Below, in pieces: positions 12,286-24,200 of a stretch of DNA of 64,000 bases; the stretch's first letter is position 1; each line of letters starts with the position of its first letter. The notes under the pieces are model-generated. The model saw nothing but the letters and a program-made list of their open reading frames with translations. It searched no databases and was not told where the DNA came from. The translations under genes were made by a program, and so were the position numbers. The stretch comes from Laetmonice hystrix (lineage: Eukaryota): NCBI GenBank assembly GCA_965235115.1, contig OZ249445.1:6944001-7008000 (forward strand), read 5' to 3'.

Positions 12286-15200
12286 CTAACTGCCGAGGTG
12301 TGGGAATTCTTCCACCAGGAGGGAGTGAGTGCGGCACGTTGGACAGGTACGTTCCTCACCCACCAACCATCGGGTGATGCACTACAACAATCACAACCAC
12401 ATTTATCATAAATTTAGGGCAATGTCAAAGTGAGTGATTTCTTTTTTCTTTCTTTCCTAGCCAAATTGAGAATAAGCCTTGGAATAAATGAATCGATTCA
12501 TTTAAAAAATCTCTTTCCGATTCTTTATACGTGTATGTATTCTTTTTAAGTTTGATAGACATAATTTCAGGGACATAAAATTGTAAGAAGGAATTGACCA
12601 AACCTGATGGTGGAACATATGCCCACAGTCGAGACGTTTTGAAAGATTGGGACGAATGGAGTAACAGCATATCACACACATCTCGCCATCTTCATCATTG
12701 TCCTACAAACAGTGTCAGCACATACGGATCTTATTTTCTTTCCTTGATTAGGCCTACTCTGTACTAGCAACAACATTAACAATATAATTCACCTAAAACC
12801 ACACTCGTAAACCTCATTACATTTTTCGAAATGTTCAGAGCAGCCGTACTTTTTTTTATCTGGTTGCTGTGAATAAAAACATTAATAACAGTTCTGTTTA
12901 AACAAAAAGGTGCCAAAGACGCGGTATGTTCTGTCCTCCTTTGAAGGTTACAGATGGCATTACAAATCATGATAGCATGCCAGACAAAATATATAACAGC
13001 TTAATAAAGAGTACTTACACACTCCTGGCTAAAACCCGAGCTGGGACGTCGTACTTTGCTGGACCACGGGACTGTTCCACTCTCAGGTACAGACATGGCT
13101 GCTGCCGCTGCTGCCTGGGTCGATGCAGACACCTTAGTGACACCTAGTGGCACTTTTACTAACTCATGCACACCATGAGCAAAGACGCACTGAAAAGATA
13201 AAACTTAATGTTTACAGGTTCTCATATTGCCTTCTACACTCATCAATCCAAAAAGTGCTATACATAAACACAAAGTATTTGTTGACACTTCTGCACCAGA
13301 TTTTAGAAGCATAACATTCGACCTTGGAAATACTTAATGCGTTGGCTATAAACAAATGGCTAAAGCCAATACTGCTCTCATCTTTGTCATTTTAAACTGA
13401 TAACATGAACTTTTATTTGCTCACTTTGTCAGCATTAATGCATTTCCCTTTCTTCCAGTTGGGGCACATGATGTGTTTAGGAAGCTTCTTAAGCTCTGAC
13501 CGTCCATGAGCATATTCACAGTCTGACCCCTTTGTGCAAGTCCCTGCTTTCCAGTACGTACAGACTGTAGTCTTGTGAAGGATGTTGCCTTTGCCATCAA
13601 GGTTTTTCTGAATTTCAAAAGTTTTTAATGCGTTACTTCCAGACAGTACTTATAACGTTTTAGGTGTTGTCTACTTGAATTACCAGTACTACTTCTTCAT
13701 GCTGATTACAGCATAATTCTCACTGTGACATTTGATGTTGGCATTGAACAGAATACCCTAGTTAATCAATTAAAATGGCAGGTATACCAGTACATCTTAA
13801 AGGTTCACTGAAAGTTCATGACTTGCATATTTTTCAACATGTCTGACCAAATCAATCTGGCTTTATCTTATTTAGTCACCAACAATCGCAAGCATTTTTA
13901 TCACTCTGGGCTCCTGAAGCAATAATGAGAGAGCGCCAAGGCAATGGGGGAAAGGCAGATTAGGTAGGTTAGTTTATGCTCGGGGGGATTTATGCATCTG
14001 CAACAGCAAGTATAGGTACTGTTTTTTTATTTTTTTTGGCAAGTCCTTTATTATCAAAATCCCACAATCAAAAAGGTTACCAGATATCTTCAGAGGTTAG
14101 CAAAATGAATATTAAAAAAAAAGTGAATGTTAAAGGGAATTCCAAACTAATTCTCAACCTTAGACCTTTTAACGACTACAGTATTCAGAAAGTCTAAATA
14201 TCCTGCCATTTTTTCTTTAGCAAAATACCATATAGAATTGTTTCAACTCAGGATTTATTCATAATTCAAAGCTTTCATTCCAATAAAGTTACATGTACTT
14301 GTTAAACTACCTGGAATTTATTAGAAGTTCTACACGAATATCCACCTATATTCTAACCCCGAAACACCACTTCACTACTTTCTCACCTTCTGCCTTGTTG
14401 CTATGATGATCTTTCCAGTGTCAATAATTTCTGTCATGGTGGCCCCTTGGAGGCCGCCCCGACGGACACGCACCTCCTGTACCAGGGATACCACCTCAGC
14501 CCTACACCAGGGGAGAGCAATCAGTATAAGAGGTCACCACAGCCAGGGTATTAGCGAATGGTAACAGGAGTTTACCACACAGCATTCAGGTGGTAGATGG
14601 GTTAGAGATAGAGAAACTTGGTATCTGAAACTTCTTTCACTTTTTTATTACTTGTAATTCTCGCATAATTGTAATTCTCGCACACTTTTGATGGTTAATA
14701 TTCTTTATAGAAATTCTCACTGAGCAGTAAACGCAAACGCGACATAGATAGCATTCAGATATTTCAATGCAAGATTTGAAGATATGTACATTTGTACATA
14801 TATACATAAGCGACCAGTTTCAGATACCAATTTTTCCCAGTACCAGGGTATTTCACGGCAGAATACACGAAGTAAGAGACTAGGTTATTCTAAGCATTAT
14901 ACATGTCACAAAGATTTTAGCATAAATGTCCTTGGGTCTACAAATTCTGTTAAAAAGAATTTCCTGTCCAGATCGAATCATCTGTGAGATTTTCATTGCC
15001 CATCCATAATTTTTCGCTTGCTCCATTTCGAACAAATGACAACATCTGCCACTTGAAATAACTGTTTTTTTTCAGATTTGACTTGCCCCCACCCCCTACC
15101 CCAACCGTGTTTTTTGGACATGCCCAAACATGAAATCACTTGCCCCGGGTGTCAGGTAAAACAATTTGTCGACCCCTGATGATCGGACATTCAGGGGTAA

Positions 15201-18200
15201 CAGCATCCTCCACACACATAAATCAAAATGCACTTTGTGTATTATGTAGTTGTACATGTATATAAACTTGCCATTAGAGTTTCTTCACCTACTGAGTCCT
15301 CAGAAACAGAACTCCTACAAAGAAACAAGAAATAAGTGGAACCTTGGCCTGGTACCTCGAAAACTGTCATTTCAAAACTTCTCAAGGTAATACAGTTAGT
15401 ATATTTACTCAAGTGACAAAGTTGAATAGATTCTATAGCTGAAGACCATAACCAATGTCTAAGTACATACATACATTCACATTTCAAGCAATGTCTAAGT
15501 ACATACAAAGTATCGGGTACATACAATGAAGTCTTCAAAACCAAGTAAACCTACCAGACCTTATACAAGTGTTTGAGTAAAAACAATGGACTTTGTTGTC
15601 ATCTTTAAACACAATTGTCAGACCACCATTAACGTCCACAAACAGACAAATAGTCCAAGAGTTTTGATGATTTCAGTTTGTACGATTAATGGTCCTTTCA
15701 GGCCTCCCAGCCAATTCAAGAAAAAATATAGGCTAAAAAATAGGTCATCGTCGCAAAATATAGGTTTTTATAGGTCAAAAGCCTTACAAAAAATAGGTTT
15801 TTATAGGCAAGTGCAAACTAAAAGATCAATTATTTTCAAAGTTTAAGTTACCACAACCTCATCTGTATCATATGTGTAATTTAAAATTTCTAAATATATC
15901 ATACTGACCATACTCACAGCTTACATGAAGACTCCAAAATATATTCACATTTCATGGATCAAACAATAATGGACATGTTCACAGGGGACGGGGCCTGCTG
16001 TAGGAGGGTACAGAAAATACGGGCAAAGCCCATATCCGAGCACCGAAGGCAAGAGGCATTTTGCAAGGGGGGATCCAGGGATTTAGAACTGTCATTAAAA
16101 GAACATGCAATTGGGAATTCTGGAAATAGCCAGAAGAATAAAAACATGTGCGATAGTGCCTTGAGCAGTTCAAGTCAATAACATGAACCAAGAGAGTTTA
16201 GAGTTTTCAGGCTTAGTGAGAAATTTTCAGTTTTTAGTTCATTAGCCACATGCTTATGTTGAAACTGACCTTGACATGTGTGTGAAGGACTCCATCATTT
16301 TCTTCACCAGTCGCTCATAGCTTGATAATTTACTAGGTTCGGAAGGTGCAGCTGTCGTGGCAGATGCAACAAACTTCAAATGTTTCTTTCTTCTCTTTCC
16401 AGTCTGAAACAATTCACTCAAATTATTACTGACTGTATAAAGCCTTGATTTGAAAATGCTGATGTCCAATGATGAAATCTAGTTTTTTGCACAATCTAAT
16501 GCAGGAATGCCGATTCTCGCCTCATCTCAATTCTTTCCCTGAAATATGAGGTGTTCCACTCACTTTTTACTCTTTGCCTGGCTTCTACAGGACCAACAGA
16601 AACTCACCTGTTGCCACTGGTCTTCACTGTCATCTTTCTCCTTCACATCATTAAGGTCGTCATCGAAGGTAATCTCCGTGATTCCTGACACTCCATCTAC
16701 TATTGTAAAAATTGCACAATTACAATAAAAATAGGCCTCTCAGCATAGCAGGGGAAGAGTGATTCGCACCAACAAAATACGAGTCATAGATGTACCAGTC
16801 ACACCTATCAGAACATTATGATGACTTTACCCAAGCTGAAAGACATACGAATAATTCTTTTCAAAATTCCTGGAGAAAGACCAATTCTACAATAGTTACA
16901 GAAAACGTGAACAGTTGCCAGCCATGTATTTCAATCACAAATATCTTTGCTCACCGACATACATGCTTGTCTTCACAAAGCAGTACTTCATACCATACTT
17001 ACAACACACAAAATACTACAAGATGCAGAGTACCCCTGATAAATCCTGATATCTTAATCAACCAATGCAATGCAATGCACACACACACAAAAGGGCAAGC
17101 AAAGTGTTTGCCATTTCGTTACAACTTAATGTTAGCAGGTTGCAAGCACAGATTATTTTCTGCAACATGAAGATAAGGAAATACTGACCAATGGTTACGC
17201 TATTACAATTTTCCTTCTTCTACGAGGTTATAATCTGAGAAAATATGTTTCAATCCAAGGATGAATAAAGATATGATTATGTTTCTTCCTAAGTTAACTA
17301 TTTTCATCCTACCTTTGCTTTTCCTTGCCTCAAGATGTTCAGACACTGTCGGGCAAAACGAACTAGGATGATCGCTGTCAGCAGGTTTCACCTTGGCTGC
17401 TGCTGCTGTGCAATGTTTCAGATGGGGAGTACATGTAGTTTCAAAAGCCTTCATTGATAACTTTGATTTTCAGTTCTGTATACATGTATGTAGCATACAA
17501 ATAAAAGAGACCTGAATCATGACCTATTAATTTAAGGTTCCCCACCTAATCTAGATTACCAAAATGCAAAAGAATTTTGATTGATCATCCAAAAAGACAC
17601 CAACAAAGAAGTCATCAAAGCCACAGACATCTGGAGTTCACACAATTCTATCTTCTCATGTTCCTAACCTTTCTTGGTTGATGTCTCAGAGAAGGCAATA
17701 TAATGTCAGCCAATGCCATGGGTGTATTCTAAGGGAAAGGCTCACATCGATGGTCTTCAAGATACATACATACATTCCTTATCACTGAATACATGCCATG
17801 CACATTCAAATTACAGTAGTTTACAGGCCCTAAACTTAAAATGATTTGAGAAGAACTTAGTCCCAGTGAATCAATGGCCCAATGACTCATTCAGAATTAA
17901 ATTACAGATTGCCATCGTAGACCCTCCAAAAAAGGACTTGATTTCTCTGTAAACAAACAGCCAGTTATACAAGACCTGGGCCCGGTTTCTTGGTGGAGTT
18001 TGCGACAAGATTTTCGTCTCAAGCTCAAGGATTTTTAGCTCAAGACGAAAATTCTCGTCTCAAGCTCAAATCTCGTCTCAAGCTTCACAAAGAAGCCGGG
18101 CCCTGACATTACCCCACTGTGTGTGCAGAAGATTTTTCCTTGTTAGCCCAGCACCACAATTTAAAAAAATACAAGAATACAAATTAAAGGATGCCCAATT

Positions 18201-21200
18201 GACCCACACCCAGTTTCACTCGAGCCCGTGGTGGTGCTGGGGGGGGGGGCGACTCCTTAAAGTTAGTACTAGTATGAAATTGTAAGGGATAACAAAAAGT
18301 ATGAAATACCAACAATGATACAGACAAAAAACAAAAAAAGAACACTTTCAAAGCACCATTATTTTTTCATGAATTTTTTCCCTACATTTATTGCAATATG
18401 CTTCATTACAAGGACATTTTATCATACTGGTAAACTGATCCTTCCAAGAAATTGAAAATCCTGCGCTTTCTGTGCCCAGTTTTTGGCATTGTTTTTTTTT
18501 TTAAATCACAGTCTTGTAATCACAGTATATGCTACTGTAATCCCCCGACAGGGAAATCACTGTAGAAGTATGTAGTTTATGTTGGACATTGACTATAATT
18601 TAATGTCAGCAGCATTTGACCTCTTGGTGAGCTACTACTACACAAATCCAGTTGTCATCTACTCTCACCTTTTAATTGAGAATATTGGTTGGGAGTGGAG
18701 GGGGGGGGGAGCTACAAAGTTAGACTTCCGAAGGACCTTCATCGCAAGCCATATTTGTACATGACTAATTTATGATTTTAGTAATCTCTTAGGCTAATAG
18801 CATTAGTTCAACTCTTTAGATATATTAGTATCAGTAACAGCACTGAGGACCATACATATCCATGGGATACTGCATGCATCCAGCCCTAATGGTCCTTAAT
18901 CGTACTTAATACTAAGTCATTGCCTCTTGTACCTACCAACTACTGTGCCAGTCTGGCACTTGAAGCCTTCAGGTTTTTTAGCCAACAGCTGGCTCTGTAC
19001 TGGAACTGAGCTCAATGAACTAGCCACGACCGGAAGTGGCTTCGCCGGCACAAACTCATAACCTTCGGGGGCTACCTGTTTAACTGGATTTTTCTTGGAC
19101 CATGCTGCTTTAGTAGCCCAAACTGAGGACTTATCAGAGTCTATTGTGTCCTTGGGTATCTCAGATCCAGGAGTTTTGTGCGATGTTGGACGAGTCCTTT
19201 CACCACCAGAGGCAGCGACCTGATGCTTCTCACCAATGGGCCTTGAAGGCCGAGTTCCAGTTGATTCGGGTTGGACGCCAGATGACTTAACAGTAGCAAC
19301 CTTAAGTTTGGTCTGCGCATTCCATTGAAAGAAAATCTTGCTGTCATTATCGATCTCTTCGTCCCAATTCTCACCTGAATGCTGATGCTGGATGCTGCTG
19401 CCAAACTCTTTTTTGGGGTTGGTCCCACCAGACAAGTGCCTTGCAAACCTTGGTGCAACAGGATCCTTAGAAACAGACCTACTTCCACGAAATCCTTTAT
19501 CAGATATACCCGGAGGTTTGTACTCGCTCACTTGATGTATCTGGGGACAAATTTCTTCACCTGTTTTGCCTGAATTCCTCATGGTTGATTCTGAAACCAC
19601 ATCAAGCTCTGATGGAGAATTCTTTTGGTTGTTTTGGGTCATTTCTACATTAAGTGTAGGTTTGTTAGATTCAACAGGCCGTTTTGGAATCGCCTGGCCT
19701 GTTCCAAGGGAGTTCACCTGCTCCTTGGAAGAAATCACTTTGTCCTGGCCTGAGAATCCTTTAGTAGCTAACTGCCGTGGCCCATACCTTGACCGCTGGG
19801 GATGACTTGCCTCAGTCTCAGTGACCATGCTGCTTTGATTACCCGACACATGGCTTGGAGCTGGACTAGTGTTACTGGACTGGCCAGAATCTCCTGACAC
19901 GATCTTTGGAATAGTATCTGTTGGTGACTGCGAGTTTAACATGGACTGATCGTGTGGTATCATGGATGCCGAGTCGCCAGCGCCACAGACTGAGTGAGGC
20001 TGGGCGGGGGGTGGAGCAAAACCTGCCTGCTGCATGCTGGCTAGATACTGTAAGGCTGTCATCTGGAGGACGTCAGGTTGTAAGGCTAGGGCTGGGTTCA
20101 CCTGGAGTAGTGACAACATCATGGGTTGGACGAGTGGTGCCAGCTGCTCCAACTGAGACTGCTGCTGCTGCTGGTGGAGGGCATACAGCTGGAGCAGCTG
20201 CTCATCCTGCTGCTGCTGCTGTTGGGGACCAAGCCATACTTGTGGTGGTGGTAAGGTGCCGTCACTGCTACCAGCTGGTGTTGATGGAGCTTTTGTGTCA
20301 TCTGGATGAGTTACACTGGAGTTTGTCCTAGAATCACCTGAAGACTGAGTAGACGCCACACTCTTCCTCCGCTGAACCTTTATAGGGTCCTGACATAAAA
20401 TCAAGAGTGTATATATGAAACTAACCTCTATACAAGAGTACCTATTGATCTGTGTAATACTTCATCATTTATGTTCTTCTACAGATTTTGGTTTGTAAAT
20501 CTTTTACTAGAATCAGGAAATATCTTTTATGTTGTACAACACATATAAATTTTGGCACGTGACCAATTTTGCTATTATAAAATACTGATGTTATGATCTT
20601 CAAATGAATGTATAATGTCAAATGAACCAAGCGTTTACCTGGAGATTTTCTAGGCCAGGAGGTGGACGTGTCTCTGACGTGTGGCTCACACCACTACACA
20701 TAGACGATTGACGTTCTCTGTTGTTTCCCTTGTGTTCAGGGGGTGTGGCCGACTCCTCCCTCAGATCTGTCTCAGCTTGGTTTACTGGACCTTTACTGAC
20801 AGGACCAGGACGTTTGAAAACATCTTGTGGTGGCAGCACTGTGCCCTGTACATTCACCTGGTGGTTAGGAACAGAGTACATCTTCTGTTCCGTGACCAAA
20901 TCTGTGTCCAGTCCCGAGTCGGCACTTTCAGATTTAGACAACAGGTTGTCTACTTCCTGACGAGGTACTTGAACTGGGTCACACTAAAAGCAACAATTAC
21001 ATAATTAACTTAGGAACATTATACACTATAATTGCCTGTCGTATTATCTTTCTATTTATCTTGTTAGCTCTACACAATGTCAGCTCAAAGCATTAGGCAC
21101 ACAGGAAATACATAATAGCACAACATTTTATGCAAATAGCATGTGTAATATTTCATGCAGACTCTTTGATTTGATTCCAAAGTTGAGTACCTCTGGTTGT

Positions 21201-24200
21201 TGGCTACTGCCCACCATCTCAGGCTTGTCTCCATTATTGGGAGCCAGCACTGGTGGAATGCTGGGGATGGTGCAGTGGAGTGGAGGCAGCGACTCGAGTG
21301 GCACGCCATCCCGTAACACGGACAGGTTGGCAGCAAACTGTGACTGTAGCTGACATACCTCTTCCTGGATGGCCTGACTCACCCTCTGGTACTCTCCGTC
21401 CCATTCTTTCTGAACGGGTAAGCTAAGGAAAGGCAATAAACCCAAACATTTTACCACTTTATGACTATATAATCTACACAACTAGAATAAAATATATAAA
21501 ATAATGGCTATACTAATTATGACCTCAAAGTAAATAACCCACCTTAGTTTCTGGAAGGAGTCTGTTACTTGTGTAATGAGGACACCGAGTTCCATAAGGG
21601 CAATGCCCAGCCTCAGCTGTAAAACCGTCTCCTGTAAAACACAATTTTCCACGGCTTGCATCATGTAGAATGGATCACCATGAAACAGCATGATATAAAG
21701 GATGCATGTCATCTATCAATGGACACCAATTGTGGAGAAATAAAAACTTAGCTTAGACTCCACTTTCAACTGAATGTTTTTAAACCTGAATACACTGGCA
21801 CTGTGGAATAATTATGATTTTTGCTTGTTTTTCCGTACCTCAGCAGCATAGGCCCTGGCCACCATCTCATCATACTGGAGACTGTCAATGGTTTCTATGA
21901 GATCTTTGTCCTCTCCAGTCTCATCTGTGTTTGTAGCAGCATCACTGTGAGTGAGGTGTATGCATGCCAATCCAGCCTACAATAGAGCATAGCCATTGTC
22001 AGTTACCGGTACCCGAAATAGTAACCTACACTGGCTACACCTAACCTTTGAGGGCCAAGAGATATGTATCAATAACTGACAACTTTTCTTTACTAACATT
22101 GTGGTTACCAATACAGAGTAAGTATGACAACAAACCTGGCAGCGTTTGTGATGAGGTTTAGGTGGTACAGTGTTTGTTGACTGTGTGCATGTTTTAGGTA
22201 ACACCACTTCCTTGATATACTCGGGCTCCTCGGTTAGGGTATTTACAGCTACATCACAGCCTTCAAATTTAACCTGATTCCATAAAAAATAAAAGCACAA
22301 TTTCAAAAACATGACACTTTTCTTGGGGGTTCTATTCAAACTGTTTTCTCAAGCATCACTCATCCGAAACATACATGTTAGAAGTTTTCTCTCTTAAGGA
22401 GTTTACAAATTCTAATCTGTAAAAGTATAAGCACTTTCATGATCTTCCTCAAGCATCTCAGGAAGCATCAAGACTAGATAGGCAAACTATCTTTGGATTA
22501 CTTTAGACCTTCGTAACTTCCTCATTTTGATACCAATTTATTTTCTGTAATTGAAGCATGATCAAAGCAAATCTAGTCTCTAGCAGAAATTGATGAAAAA
22601 CGATGCATCTTCATAGTCACGGCGCCACCTCGACTTTTGGAGCAAGTTAATGGTTGAGGAAAGTCTAAATGGTGCCCCTTTAATAGTAGAAATATCTGGT
22701 CAGTGGGCACATACACCATACTATTAATATATCCTTAAGAGGATTTTGAATTTTGAAACATCCAAATAAAAACAGGCTTACCACATTCTAACAGATGTCA
22801 GATCTAGTAGTTAACACAAAACTGATTCCAATTGAGGTGCTCAAATATTCAGTGTTTGCCCTTGGCGACAACCTGCCGGCCATTGGTTGACAATTCTCAT
22901 TTCAGGCTGAGGATTTTCACCCAAAACAAGGGTCAATCAGCCTGGTGGGCCAACACCTTCAGCGGCCCAGCAGTGGAGCAAGAGTTAGGTGACACAGATT
23001 GATCATCGAGACCCTCAGTGGCCACAGTGGCCTTCTCGAGAGTCTGGTGTTACCGAGACTGCACCAAGTTCAGATAAAGTCAACCATCCCCCTCATTATG
23101 TAATGGCACATGTGCAGCTGAGGGACTTCATTCCCTCCTACACGACAGCCCACTTTGGGAGTGAAAAGGCCTTCGCTATTTAGCGAAAAATCGCTATAGC
23201 GAATTGGTTAAAAATATCCAGCAGGACTGACATATTCTGGGGTCGGTCAGCCCTGATGGCTGACAACTGAAAATGTAAAGGGCAAACACTGGATATCCAT
23301 TCCAATTCTCATATTATGATCAAATCTATGAGACCAGGCCCCAGTTTCAGAAAGGCTCAAAGCAGCAAGATTTAAGCCAAGTAGAGCTACGGCAGCCCAT
23401 GGGGACATAGACCTTTGGTGTTTCAACTTTCTAGATTGATTTTCATCAATATTTTCAGTGATAATAATTTCCACTGCCGTGAACATTTTCATGAAAATCA
23501 ATGTAGAAAGTTATAATGTTTGTGTCCTCATGGGCTTGCTGCTTAGATTCTTTCTGAAACCGATGCCAGGTGAGCTCGAATAATGTTCAAGTAGTGCTTG
23601 GAAGGATAAAACGAAATTAGAAAAGTGCAGATTAAAAACACGATTTACATGTATGTGCCCAACCGTTAGTAAGGTCAGTGAAAGTTAGTCATCATGCACC
23701 AAAACATAAAGTTGCTATTGTTTGACCTGGAGAGAGGAATCCTTGGTCCTGATTCGCTTGGTGTTTGTCGCCTCATCTCGACTGCTTACACTTGTCATCA
23801 TTGTCTGACTGATGGCTTCACTTAGAATTTTACTCACTGGAGTCGAGACCTTGGGCCAGACTGCCCCAGACATCAGAGTCATAATGCCACGAGGTTGCAA
23901 ATTTCGTTGCGCCGAGCCAACAGAATTACTTCCGGCTAAATTTGCACTTGCTCGACCCACTACTGTTGGAGTCGTCTGCCTTAAGCTCGATAATATGAAC
24001 GGTGGTTTGAAATCTACTGCCATGGCATTAAGCTTGTCCCGATAACTGGCAGAAGAGAACACACTTGCTGATTTAGGTTTGAACTCAGGCTTAGTGGGAT
24101 CCAAAGAGAACTGCGAGTTCATCAAACTTGAGGCATTCATAATCAGATCACTCTTCGCTGCTGTCACAGTCTTTGGTTCAGTCACAAGAGATGCACATTC

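Noticed and set aside
13421-13618. ORF-track translation MKFRKTLMAKATSF...
   Set aside because: Wrong frame: splice phase requires the frame that encodes the CCCH fingers.
15290-15330. Extra exon SSVSEDSVGEETL of the E3 ligase
   Set aside because: Flanking exons join in phase without it and no convincing donor was found.
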